A stretch of DNA of 64,000 bases from Vicugna vicugna (lineage: Eukaryota): positions 3,032,921 to 3,096,920 of the forward strand of contig MU060807.1 of NCBI GenBank assembly GCA_013265495.1. The letters are read 5' to 3'. Positions 1 to 13,800 of this stretch are shown here, piece by piece (position 1 is the stretch's first letter; each line of letters starts with the position of its first letter). A program made the position numbers and the translations under genes. Below the pieces are notes generated by a model. The model was given only the letters and a program-made list of their open reading frames with translations, did not search any database and was not told where the DNA came from.

Positions 1-534
1 TCCCTTGAGGTCACTGTTGCTGCTGAAACTTGTTGCTTCTCACTAACTTTCCCTCCTCACTGGTCCTGAAGGCCTCTGGGCCACCTCCTGCCCCAGAATT
101 GGTAACAATAAATATTCAAGTGATGGCAGTGGTGACCCACTTATTAGCAGATGCCACAGCCCCAGGGCACCGTGGCTGCTTTTGGAAGAACACAGAAAGA
201 GACCAACCATAGCAGGGGAGGGGAATGTCCTTGGGAAGGCGCGCTGCATTCCAGCGCTACTTGAGTGGACAGGAGAAGTCCGCCTCACGACCTAGGAGCG
301 AGGGGAGGCAGGAGGACAGCAGATGAATCAAGCAGACAGGATGCGCAGACACGGATCACTGAACAGACGCCATCCTTGAGCAGTGTTGCCCCAACCTCTG
401 CAAACGCCAAGCCCCAAGGACTGATGAGCAGATGCGACCTGCTCTCTCTTATCCCGGCCTGGCAGCAGGGCCACCCTACGAGCTGAGGTCTGTTACCGGG
501 GTCAGAGGACCAGCTGAGAGCCTGAAGGGCCCGG

Positions 535-660
535 CTCTTGGCTCTGCCTCAGCTCAGTGACCCTGGGGAAGTTGCAATCTCCAAGTCTCAGTTTTCTCTG
601 TTGTAAAATGGGATGATGCCATGGACCTTACTGGTGGCCTGTGAGGACCCAGAGACGAGA
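535..660 (+). mobile_element. MIR SINE fragment
   Basis: gtgaccctggggaagttgcaatctccaagtctcagttttctctgttgtaaaatgggatgat core. Confidence 0.65.
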
Positions 661-3600
661 AAGTAACTGGTAACACGCTACACCGATGCAAACAACACGG
701 CAGAGAAGACCAGTCAAAAACCTGCCACAGGGTGCACCACTCTCTTCTCCACCCCTACCTCCGCCCCTGCACAAAAAGGATGTTTTTCCCTTGAACGGTA
801 CTGTTCTAGCAAGAGACCACTTGGTTTTAAAAAGGGGATTGCATGCTGTTTGAAATGTTGCCAGTGGTAGAGGCAAGCTTTGCTGTGTAAGATTTAGCCA
901 AGACGGAATCAGAAAACACAGCCTCCTGGCAGAGAAAAGAGAACCAGGACCCTCGGTGAAGGCCCGCACGGACCATTCAGGGCTAACCTGAGTCTGAATC
1001 AGATGGACCTGCTCCTCCAGGAAGAGAGTCTGGAAGGAAGAACTCTCCCTACAGTCCCCAACACACAGCCTGCTTCTCCAAGGGGTTCCTGGAGGGAGAG
1101 GCCCCTCTGCCAGGCAGAGGGTGGAAGGTCACCTTGGGGCACCTGCAGGCTGCACCTCTCTTCTGGGTCACCCAGGTGGATCTCATGGCTCCCGCATTCA
1201 GGGCAGGATGGCAAGCCACGGCGACCTTGTTCTATCCCAGTGAGCCTATGGGGGCCCCCCCATTCAACGCCGCCAGTTTGCGGCCGGGTCTCCAGCCAGG
1301 ATGAGCTCCGCTCTGCCATCTGCGCACTCGGCTCTGGCCGGCTGGTGCCCCAGCCGCATCTGTCCACCTGTACGTGGTGAAGGCTACTCTTGTGGACGGT
1401 GAGGAGCCTTCAGCACTCGGAGTCCCACTGTCCCTCCAGGGTTTCCCTCTGACACTCTCAGGAGGTGGCGATGACCAGCCACGGGGTATGGGATGCGAAT
1501 GAGGCTGGGCAGCCCTGCAGCAATGAGGAAGGGGAACAAGAGTGCTTGGCGGTGCCCTTGACTTGAGGGGACAGCAACACACATCCTGCTTCCCAGACAT
1601 GCGGGACAGTCTGATTCCTGCATGGAACTCATTTACATACGACCCTGCCACTTCACCAATGGCCCTTGACTCCTTCTCACTGTGTAGGAAAACGAAATGC
1701 TAAATTTTGACTTTGTTTCCTACCAAAGCCAAAGAAGTTCTGCAGAAAGAATCCCAAGATGTTTCGCAGCCTGGAGGCAAGGCTGCTGGTTTGAAAGAGT
1801 TGGGGCATCAACACTTTATCATTTGATCCTTCAAAGGAGCAAGAGGGTTGGGAGGTGGGTTCTGAGAATCAGATTCTGATGTTAATTCTTATGGGTCCTC
1901 AAAATGGGGCCCAGGTCACTGCTGGCTCCAGCTGTGGTGTCTTGCTGGGGTGCCCTGGGGAGCATGTGTGACTCACGGGACCACCCCTACCTCACAGAGC
2001 CCTGCTCTGCAGATACCCCCAAGGAGGGAGAGGGAGAAACTGACTCATACTGGCTGCAGCGGCAATCACAGAGTGTGGACGGAGGTCGCAGGGCACAGGA
2101 GGGGAGGAGGAATTTTCCATTCGTTAAGGTCAAGGGCTTAGGGAGGGGACTGGTAGCTGCTGGTAGAGAAAGCTCCCTTCTTGTGAGTAATGATGGTGCG
2201 ACACACAGGCTGGCCTCTGGAGGTAGTTAATATCCCCCGTATTCTTTCTCATTCTGTGTGTGCAACTCAGTAGCATTCCTGGGAAGACACAGAAGAGGTT
2301 GCTTCCAGAGGACTCTCTAAAAATTAAACCATGAAGTAAAAGCCTGCATCTTTGTCCCCCAGAACATACTGTCCTGTAATAGCGAAAAAGTGGCTATTAT
2401 GAGGTCCTTTTAAACATGCAGGCTGGACAGGTGCATTGTTTACCAGAGACAAAGAGATCACTGTCCCTGGGGTGGGAAGGATGCTTTCAGCCCACTTGCT
2501 GCCTTTCCTACCATCATGGTAAAGTCTGGCTGGCAGCAAACAGTTGGTAGAAAAAGGTGTGCTGGGAATCTCTAGGGAGGGTGGACAATCTTCCGAACAT
2601 GAATGACTCTGGGGGAGGGGAAGGGACGATGCTCTCCCCCAAGACCTGAAGGAGCCACCTGATGGGATGAGAACACAGAGGTGAGCCCTGCAGGCCTGAC
2701 GTGGGAGGGGAAGATGCTGTTACCACCTGCAACAGAGTGCCCAGGACAAGGAAGGAGACCCACCCTTGCTGACCCCTTCCTTCAGTTGCTTGGCTGCTTC
2801 CAGCTCACTAAGAGTGGGAGGCTGGCAGAAGGATGGAGGCCCCCGGTATTTAGGGTCAGGAGGAAGCCACGGGCCCTGAGAGCCACACACACATGCCACA
2901 TCAGTGGTAAAGTAACTTCTGAGACAAGGCCACGGTCCACCTGCCTTGAGCTTCTCTAAACCAGGCAGAAGAGTGCATCTGAACTGAAAATTTTCTGAGC
3001 AAACTGAAGCCTCCAGCAGCGTCCAGGTGGTGGGAGGGGGCGTCCACAACCCAGAGAGAACAGGCTCTGTTCCTGCTTCATCCCCTTTCCCCCTTCTCGC
3101 AGCTTTTGTGGGCCTGGTGGCAATTAGCTTTATGAGTTATAAGAGCAGTATCTGAGAGATGGAGGCAGTAATTAATGCCCTCCTGCTTTCCTGAAGGGTT
3201 CCTTCTGTTCGGTCAGAGAGTTATTGAGATTCAGGGCAGGAGGCTTCCATCATGTGGAAGGTTTATAGGAATAAGACAAGGAACAATTTAATAAGGCAAT
3301 AATAATCCTTCTAAATAATTCACCAAGCAAATGACAGCAGCCAATCTTCCCAGTGCTCCATACCTGTTTTGCCGGTGGGCAGGGGGATGTGCTGGGTGGT
3401 TCTGCACAGGCTTCAGCAGCTTCCCTGGGAAAGACCCCACTGGAGGGGCTCTGCCGCTGTCCCTCTGTCCTGGACATGCTCCTGCGTCTCCTGTACCCTC
3501 TCCTCCACCAGCTCCTTCTGCCTGGCCATGCCGGTTAGACCTCCAGATGGGTCCTGACACTTACTAATGCTTTTGCTATTTTATCAATCACGGTTTGTTG

Positions 3601-4816
3601 AAATGCTAAGAGGCCAACAGGCCTCTGCTCTCCTGGCCGCCCTGCTAGGTTCTCTGCTCGCCCCCCCAGGCTGGGGAAGTGGGGAAATTAACCTGCCACC
3701 CAAGTCCCACCAGACCTGTGGCCGGGGGAGCTGAGATATGGTTCTGAGATACAGATTCCCAGCCGTAGCTGAGGGCAGAGAAGCAGCCCAGACCATCTGA
3801 CTGCTCCAGAAACGCAGACGGGAAAACAAACCTCTCGCAGGGCTGGGGCCTCAGGGCTCCCGGGTGGGTCTACAGGGTGAGACCAGGAAGGCGAACAACC
3901 ATTCAGCCTTCCTTGGGGTTAACAAATTCAGACCCGAATCACACAGCCGGCGGGGCGGCAGAGACTCTGCCGGGATGGGGATGATCAAGTCGAGAGGCTG
4001 ACTCCCTGAAAGGTGGCTCTCTGGCAGCCCTGCCTCCCGTGCCACAACAGCTAAGTGGCCCCGTGTCAAGCTGGGTGTCACCTAATGCACCCAAATCTGT
4101 CTCAGGGCTGAGGAGGACCAAGCTGCAGCAGAGAGCATGAACAGACACTGCACCAGCCAAAGGGAAGCGCCCGCAGAGCAGGCAGACAGAGACGCCACCT
4201 CTGGTTTTGTATCTCATTACCTGAGACCCTACGGGCTTGTTACTCAGCTCCAGTCTCACCCCCAGCCCACCTCCCGCCCCCACGGCACAAAGCAATCAAG
4301 ACCGAGCCTGGAGATTCACTGCGCTCTCCTGTCTGCAGGGAGCAGGGTAGACGGAGCTGGCTGGGCTGATCCTGATCTAGAGAGTTTTGTAATCAGGGTG
4401 GACCGTGAGACGGCTCCGTCCTGCCTGCCCAGCCGGGAAGCCCGGCATCACCCTCGTGCTCCTGGGTTGGCCAAGAGAAAGGTCAAAGCAGGGAGCTGCT
4501 AGAAAACAGGCTCTGGCACTCTCTCACAGCACTTTGATAAGCGTGTCCCTCAAACCTTGAGCTAAGTTATGAGAGTTTATGGCCCTGGAACTGGCAATGA
4601 CCCAAATGCCAATGCCAAACCACATGCGAATGATGGCGGCCTTGTGGCCAGGACACTCTGGGGCTGGCGTTGTAGTGACACGACCCACTTTATGCCCGGG
4701 ACCAAGGCCCCAGTAATGAGCCGGAGTGTAGGGCTGTGTAGACCCTCCTCTCTGGGGAAAGAGGTCGCCCAGAGAGTGAGGGTGGCTCACGGGCCCCGCT
4801 CCCCCAGGCCACTCAC

Positions 4817-7800
4817 CAGGTAGATGCGGTAGGCGTCCACTCGGCGCAGCGGCCCCCAGCACCGGTCCGTGTCGTTGTACTTGGTGTCGGCCTCCACGCC
4901 GCAGGAGTCGTTGCCCATGGCGCTGCTGGTAGAGAGAACAATGGCTCAGGGTGGGCCTCCCTGCTTGGCTGGAAGCAGACAGAACGTGCCGTTGTTAATT
5001 ACTGGCAACCACTGAACCTCTACGACCCCCACTGCGGCTTCAGGTCCAGCGATCTGACTCCACCAGCCACGTATTCCTGTCTCGGACGCAGGCACCTTAT
5101 TCCTGCTGCACTGTTTCCCAGCGACGCAGGAGCCCCTGGTGGGAATCCCAGTCTCCTTCCCAACAGGACAGGGATGGGGACAGTGGTGAGGAGCGTCTCT
5201 GATGTGGCACGTGCAGAAAAGGGCCTCGGACACCTACGTTCCGTGGATGCTGGCGGATTCGCTCGGTGTTGGGCTTCTACCCTGAGAACTCTGCCCCGAC
5301 TGCGGAGGAGGCCAAGGGGCTGCAGCTCCCGTGGGGGCCAGGGGGACACTCACCAGGTCACTTGCATGAGGGAGAAGGGCACGGCGGCAGCATAGATGGC
5401 CAGGTCCCCATACAGGTAAATGATGATGCAGAAATAGAACAGGTTGACCCCCACTGAAAGCAACAAAGTCATCAGTCAGGGAGCCCCAGGGAGACGCATT
5501 CTCTGTTGACAACTACCTCTCTGCCTTGTCCACGGCTTTCTGCTCTCCGAGCAGAGTGGGAAAACCACCCCCAAGGCCTGTTTCTCATTCTGGCTGCCTT
5601 CACGGTGATGCTGGCAGGACACACATCTTGACTTTCCCCTGGAGAGGGGGCTGAGTGAGGCTGGGAGGACCAGAGAGGTTCTGAATCCAGGTGCAGGGTG
5701 AGTGCAGGGCATGGACTGGCCAGGGAGGAACCAGAGGTGGCCTCATGGTTAGGACAGGCTGCCCAAGGGAGGAGGAGGGGTGGCCTGAGTCAGAAGCCTG
5801 AACCCTGGTGCTCACCTGGGCCAGGGCTCCCTCCGCAGCCAGACACAGGGCTCTGAGACCAGGCTGCTACTGCTGAAAAGCAGGACGGTAGCAGGAAATG
5901 GTCCGGCTTCGGAAACTGAACTCAAGAGGGTAAAAAGCCCTTGATTTCCAAAGACTAAGTGGCTCATTCTGAATCTGGCCCGTCACCAAGCACCAACGGT
6001 GTGCTGTGGAGAGGGACCGGCAGGAGTAGGTGCTCATGTCTCTTCTTATGAGAAGCATTTGCAGGGGAGGGTGCTGACTTTGGAAGATGAAAGACATGGA
6101 AGCTCCCTCTGCAGAGGCAAACCCTGGTCCCCTCTCCCTCCAGGGGGGCCTGGACTAGGAGTTGGAGACACAGGCTTTGGTTTTAATCCCATAGGCCTTG
6201 TTTCCTGACTCTGGCAAGTCCCTGAGCGTCCCCAATCCAGTACAGTGAGAATTCTTCCTGCACTAAATTCCGTATGTGATCCCGGCTACCAAGACCAAGT
6301 GTAAGAGCTCTGGAAAAAAGCACCCAGGCCCTATGACCTCAGGGTCGTGGCCCTAGACAGCCAGTCTCAAACTCCCATTCAGACCGACCACTTGTTTTTG
6401 GCATCACTGGTCTCAAGCTGCTGAAGTCTCTGAGAACAGAAAGGAAAATGAAGTGACAGCTCCCTTCTAATCCCGGTGGCTCAGAAGAGCCTCCAGGTCC
6501 GGGGGCGGGGGGAGGGGAAGCCAGGGACACATTCCTCCTGGGCTGTTTGAGGTCAGCTCAGTTCCTAGGAGTCTAGGTGAAAAAGACTCCAGGTGAAAGA
6601 TACAGCTCTTGAAAGAACCCTGGAGGGCCTCAGAGTGTCAATGTCCAAGCTCAGCGGCCCCTGGGGTCACTGCCGCTCACACCCAGGTTCTGAGTCCAGC
6701 CCCCGCCCCCGCTTGTCTTTCTGCTCTTAGTCAAGGCTCCTGTAGGGAGGCATCCCCCTCCCCATTCCCAGCCTTTCCTCTGCCTGCCCAGGGACTCATG
6801 TCAGCTGTTTATAAACTGCCATTGGCCCTCCCTGATCAATAAATTTCATTACTAGACACAAAGTGGGAGGATCAATGAACTTCCAGGAGGACAGCAATGA
6901 CTTGGGCTGGCATTTCTAATTATAAGGACTGAGTCTGGACCTCAAGGGGGGGCTCTTGTGCAGAGTGACGGGCAGCCCTTCCAAACGTGAAGGGGACAGT
7001 CTTCAGAATGAGGGAATCGTACAGTGGTTTCAACTGGGGGCAATTTTACCCCCCAGCCCCTACCAGGGACACTGGGCAACATCTCAGGATATTTTTTGAT
7101 GGTCATGACTGGCAGGTCCTACTGACAACTAGTGGGCAGAGGCTGGGGATGCGACTCAGCATCTGACAACACACAGGACAGGCCCCACAACGAGGAATGG
7201 TCCAGCCGAACAGCAACAGGGCCAAGCTCGAGAGCCCCTGCAGCAGGTGAGAGGAAGGCGGCCTCTAAGTCTGAGCTACTCTCGTATGGATTTATTTTCT
7301 ATCACATGTGGGTAAACTAGGAGTCTAGTCCATTTGGGGAACAGAGAGACAAAACAAAAGCACAAGCTCCTAGAATTCTTAAAGAAATCAGGGTGGACTG
7401 TGAGATATGCAAATTAGGAAGGTCTGAAAGGTCTGTGTCCCCTCTCCAGTGTGCATTCTGTTTTCTGAAGCTTGCATTTGGGAGGAGACTGAGCAGTGGC
7501 CAGGAGGAACTGTCTGCCTCTCTTATCAGAGTCTAACGAAATGGGGAGAGATAGAAACGGAACGAAGGACAAGCACGGAAGTGGCTGCACACAACCAATC
7601 CGGAGTCGGTAAATTCTGAGACCCCCTCAGTGAGGCTGGCCCGGTGGGAAGACGGGAGCAGAGCCCCAGGGAACCTCCAACGGACAAAACATCGCACCAC
7701 TGGTGGTAAAGGGAACGCTCTGAATGTCCGAAGCAGCTGCCGAGAAGCTTCTAGATTCTTGTTTCTACAATCTCCCTCGGCTCTAACTTAGCTTAGCCAC

Positions 7801-10800
7801 ATGCAAGACTGGAAAGAACCAGCGGACACGCCCCCATTTGCAAACAGGGGCTTTGAAGATGCTACTGACAACTAGTGGGTAGATGCCAGGGATGTGATTC
7901 AAAGGGGCGGAAAATCTTCTAAGACAACAGCAAGGACAAGGATTTCCTGAGATGTGTCTGACTCTCCATGAAGATTTGGGGGTTTAAAAAAAAACGAAAC
8001 CCTTAAATAGCTCATCTTCCAAAAGAAAGAGATTTTGAATGGAGGTATAAGATGTTGCTGGAACGACCAACACTGCAGTGCCTGAGCTGGGCAGTAGCCC
8101 TATCCCACCAAGCAGCAGGTGGAGAGTGTGGAGAGGTCAGGACTAGATGCTCAGATTCCAGACAGCAGCCCTGTGCGCGTGCTGCTAGCACCCTCTGCTG
8201 GCCATGGGGAAGACATGTGTCCACACCGTGTACCCGACCACGGTCACAAGGTGGTAGCTCTGTGTTGTCCTAGACAGAACAGTCCAGGAAAAAGGGAGCC
8301 AAGTCAGAAGCAATTAAGCAAGAGGCACAGAACTACCAGCCGCCTCCACTGGCTCCCGTTGTTGGAAAGCTGCTTAGGATTCTCAGCCTCCAAGAGCTGT
8401 AGTTGCTAAATAGCTGCTCTGTCATTCCTAAACACTGATGATCGGGGTGGGGGGGTGGGGGGGATTCGGAGAAAACACCTTGAAACAGCTCAGGCCTCTC
8501 AGCAACGTGGCTTCTCAGATACACTGGGCGTAGGCGGAGAATCTGCCCCTCCCCATCGCCTGCCCTGTCCCTACTCCAGGTGGAACCCCTGCCTGCAGGG
8601 AGGTACCAGCTTTGCCCTCAGCCCACCAGGAAAAAGAACTCCTACCTTTATTGAAGAACATGGAGGCCATCTGTCCCATTTCCACCCGGTCTGTGATCTC
8701 AAAAAGGTTCGGAGATCCACGTCTCTCTGTGGAGCCAAGAGGAAAAGAAGGGAAGTGGTTTTTTCACACAAAAAGCTCCTAGAAGGAGCTGCTGAGCTCA
8801 CTGACTCCTCCAGAATGACGAAGTCCCAACGGTTTCAAACTCTTGAAAAAACTTTTCCTAATGCTTCTTGCTTGAATCATTTAAAAACGTCTATAGAAAG
8901 GGATCCCAGGGACGCTCACTGTCAGGGAAGAGGGAAAGTTCAGCCCTAGTTCATCTGGACTGTGTATATGTGTGTGTGCGTGCACGCATGTATGTGTACG
9001 TATGTGTGTGTTGGGATGAAAGGAAGGAGAGAATCAGAGACCCTACATTTCCCTTGCACTTTCAGCGTGCACCAGGAGTGGAGGTTAAGGGACCCCCCCA
9101 AGCTGCAGACATCAGTGGTGGAGCCGGCGGAGGGTGCTCTGTTGTACTGTTCCTGGTGCCTTTGTAAGAATCAATGCTTAGGCGGGAAATGCCAGAGGGT
9201 CTCTGTAGGGAGATTCCCTGGGCCCTCTCGAAGAGGAAGGGGAACGCTGCGGACCAGAGGGAAGCACGGGCCAGCCCAGAATCCCAAGACTTACGCACAG
9301 ACAGGATTGGCCGTTTCTCCGCCCGCTCGTAGTTGTCCTGGACAAGAACATCACTGTCGGAGGCCGTGGAGGAGTCGTCGTCTTCCTCCTCCTGGGAGAG
9401 GGTGGGATGGGGAGAAGGATGGGAACAAGGGAAAAAGAAGGACTATGTAACTCTACAGAAACCCCCGAGAATAATGGAGAGGCTTTGTTATTTCTTTCTA
9501 GAAGGCATCTGATTAGGAAGCTTTCAACACTTCCACGCTGTCACACTAGAAGGTGCAGACGTACTCAGAGGAGGAAGCTGCAGCCAGTTCCTGGGAACAC
9601 AGGTTCAGAATGACTGAGCCAGCTCAAGGTCAGGGGTAGGAGGGACCCATGAGGGGGCATTAAAAGAACAGAGGCTGCATCTGTTCTGGAAGCTGATGTG
9701 GCTGATAACTTCAGCTCTGGGCCAAGGTCTTGGAGCAGCGTTATGGACAGGATCCCTCCACGCAATGGAAGGGAAAGGACTGGCTGCCGAGAATCCCACT
9801 TGGGCATCTGACTGCAAGGGGGCACTGCCCGGGGCCAGGGGTTACAGACATACCTGGTGGTTTTCCATCCTCTTCCAGTGAAGCTGAGCATTGGCTGCTG
9901 CCATGGCCTCCACCACAAACGTGGTAGTCACAAAGCTGCACAGAAGGCCGTGTGTTAATTGCCAAAGGCAGGTAGGAGGTTGGAGGAAGTACAAAAAAAA
10001 AGGAAAAGCCATTTAAACCTGACCCGACCAACAAGCCTGAAGCACTCTCTTTTCTGAGGAAGGGATGGGAACTCAAGAGATGTGTCTGACCTGATAAAAA
10101 AAAAAAAGTGTGTGCGCATACGTGACGCCCTGCGTGCTCGCCCTGGCATCTCTGTCCGTATTTAGAATGTATTTCCAATGCATGGGAGAGGTGATGTGGG
10201 GGCAGTGAGGTACTGCACCCCAGAAGGGGCCTGTTGGGGGGCAGAGGTGGGAGAGATGGGAGGACAGATGCTATGTGATGCTCTGAGCGGGGAGGAGGAG
10301 GCTGATTCCCAAGGGCGCCCTCCCAAAGCTTCTGGGAAGGGCAGCAAGCAGCTCTTCCCTCTCCTTGCTGGCCAAGTGGTCAACCCCCAGTGACATACAC
10401 GAATGGGTGGAGCATAGGCGTGGATAACTGAAAAGGACACTTGTCCAGAATCTGCCTCTGCCCCTTTCTGGGACAGTGCTTTTACTTTCCTAATAATCCA
10501 GCTAATGTTAAAATAAACCTGCATCTTTATAGCAGAATCAAAAGGGAGATTGGGAGATGGCACCAGATGTTCACTGAGAAATCAGATTAGAGTGAAAAAT
10601 CATCTTTTCTTAAAGAAGTGGGGGAGACCTGGGTGATGCTGGGAATTTTCTCTTTAGCAGATGGTATGGGGGAGGGCCGCCTGCCTGCTGAGCACACCTG
10701 AGGAATGATTCCATCCCTGCTGGAAGGACCGGGGATGGAACATTCATCTCCCTCTTTCTGGAGGTCGGCACACCTCTGCCTCCTGTCTTGACCTGGAGCC

Positions 10801-13800
10801 CCTGGGTGCTGTCACCTGCAGCAGGCTGGCTGCTCAGCCTAGTAGGCAGGTGGCTGGGTGGGACAGGAATTAACTCACACCCTTAACTCACACCTGCTCC
10901 GGCTCTGTGGAGGGGGTGGGGCAACCAGCTCTGAGAAAGTCGCATTCCAGCCGCCTCAGCACCTCCTCGTGCGGTTTCTCATTATCTTGCCTAAGTGACC
11001 ATTTTAAGGGCTTTAGATTTTCCCTTCTTTTTGGAAGTAAAACTAAAATCAATCTTAATTAAGGCATCAAAAGGCTTCTCATGGCTGCACAAAGCCAACT
11101 CATTGATCATGTTCGGACATAAATGGGTTGAGCAGGGACGGGGCACGGCGGCCCCTACCTGGGGGCCCCCAGTAATCACTTCCCGTTCAGGTGGCTGCCT
11201 GCGCTGAAGGTCCTTTGAAGGGGACAGCAGAGTCACGGAAGGACAAGGACTTCTAGGGCTCTTGGCTGCCAGGGATTGCAGGATGTAATGAGCCAACAGT
11301 ACTCCAAGGATGGGCCACAAAACTCCCCGGAAGAAAATGTGCGAGCTCTGAAACACATGGGCATTTTCCTGTCCCACGCAGCCTCTTCTAGGTCTTAATT
11401 CCCTTCAACTACTAAATTCTGTTTCATGCTTCCAGTGGTACCCACTCCTTCCTCCTTCTAATCTGCTGCCCTCCAAGGCCAGGGACCACCTGCTTCCAGC
11501 TGCCATCACTCCACTCTCCTGACCCCCTCACCCCGCTGTTCTTTCCCCACGGGACTCATCACCTTGCCACTTACTCTGCACTTCACTGTCTTCACTGCCT
11601 ACTGTCCATCTCTCCACAGGAGAGGCGAGTCTGCCAGGGCAGGTAACTCCGTTCAGTGGAGCTAAACCCCAAACCCTGGAGAACCCGGTGCCAGCTCTTT
11701 CGGGGGAGGAACCGTTGGCGGCGGTCCCGAGTGCTCCTTCCCACTTCTTTTCGGCAGCCTACCTTGGTTGGAGTTGGGCGGGTGGGAAATGCTTAGTCTG
11801 AAATCTCTTACTAGCCTGGGGTGTTTGCTAAACAAACTCAAACCTGCCCGTGAAATCCCTGAGGAGCGGCTCCCATAGAGGCACCGGCTGGTGGAGCCCA
11901 GGTGGATCCCGCACACCTGCCTGAAGGAGCAGGTGCCCCTGAAGGCTAGGGAGGGCGTGGCCTATTTGCCACAAGGCACAAAGCCAGGGGAGAGTAACAC
12001 CTGATTATGTGTGCACCTGCGTGTTTATGGCCGACTCTGCCAATTATCTTACAAACTCTGAATTCCTAACTGATTTCCCGGATCACCTTAAACGTTAGAT
12101 TCTTTCTGTGGCTGGGTGGAGCTTTCTCCGTGAACACACGTTGATGGTAACATCAAGGACATAAAGGGGGAGGTAAACCAGCCAGGGAATAAACGGGTGA
12201 CCGCCACGTGAGCCACTTCGGAGCCTAACCGGAGGCCCGAGCTTTTAACTGATCGGGGTTTGGCAATGGCTCCATCGCACGAGACACTGAGAGCTCTGTG
12301 TCGCCCTTCCTCGCTCTAGGCCACCTAACTGGTTAGGACTGGCTTGCGACAGATGTCTTCCTCAGACCGATGAAGAGATGCTCGGGCTTCCCACGTGGGC
12401 TCCCCTAGCTCTGCCCCCCCCCAGCTCCCAGCCCCCACGTGACAGCCTCTCACCTCATGAAGCCCAGAAACACCAGCAGGACCAGGCTGACAAGCCACCC
12501 GGCGGTGGCAAAGGCCTTGGGCATGGTGAGTGCACCGGTGCCCACGATGAGGTTAAACATGTACACAAGTCCGACCTGGAACCAAAAGAAGCCACATTCG
12601 AGCCCAGAAATTAATTAGCTTCGCGCCCCCCACCTTTTCTCTCTACATAGCTTCTCCTCAGCAACGTCATTCAATCCTGCGGCTTTAACTATCCCGGCGG
12701 GACCAAAGGGGACTGTATTTCTCTTAGCACCAGCCTTTCTGCAGACCTCAAATCCAACTGCCTGCTAGTCACCTGCACCTGGACATCCCCGCGTGGCCGC
12801 AGCCTCCCTCCCTGCCCTCCGTATCCCCATGCTAGTGGTTTTATTTCTGAAGACTCTTTTGTGGGCACCTCTGGCTCCCGTTCCATTTGCAGTTCAGATC
12901 AATCAGTTCTGGCCCGGACGATGATGTAGGTTCCTAACTGGTCTCCCTGTACCCCACAAAGTTGGTTGACTTACAGTTTGTTTTACCACTTGTTTCTCAT
13001 CATTAAAAACAAAAGCCAAAACACTACATCTCTGGAAACACCTGTCCATCTCTCATTTTCACTTCCCCTGCCTTAGAAACATGCGCTTATCTATATTTAA
13101 ATTTTTTTCTAAGATAACCGTATGCTGCATCTTTAATCAGACACACAAATTAGGACCCTTGCTCCCACACTCAGTCAGATCTTTAAAATAGAGATGGGGA
13201 GCATCAGCTACCATTTTGGGGCCCTTGACAGGCAGGCAGGAGGGGCTGGGCAGTGATTAGGAAGGAACAGGCTTCTGGGCAGGTGCTGATTGATCTGAGT
13301 GCTGGACAAACGGGAGGGCATCTCATAGGGAGGAAACGGCTCTGCCCAGAGTCCACTTACACTTGGCACTGGGCACCAAGCCCTCTGGAGCCTCCTGATC
13401 AGCCCCTCAACTCCCACCCACCATTTTGGGCCCATTCAAGTGCTGCCTCCACCATGAAGCCCTCCTGAGTCTCAAAGCCCTGGATCAAGAACACTTCTTA
13501 TGCCCTAGTTTGGGATTTTGACGTTGATGTGGTTTTTCTCCCCCGTTATTAAACCTGAGGCTTGTTGTGGCCTTGGCCTGTGTCTCACTTTTCTCTGCGT
13601 TTCTCGGGGTGCCCCAGGGACCTCAAGATGGGAATCTTCAATGGAGCTGGCTTGGGTTCTCTCTACCATAAGCTTGACGGCCGTTTTAAACATCACAATC
13701 TCATTCTGACCCCATAGACAGATCCCAGAAGGATTAAAACAGGTTTGAGCATCTTCTTGGAGCTCTTGATTGGATCACACTACCATGATGTGGATCCCCT

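Noticed and set aside
1-4816. Next TMEM104 exon (AIFTLLLGPFTFFDVQKTKYLQ...)
   Set aside because: Not found in this interval, which appears to be intron; the exon is presumably left of the window.
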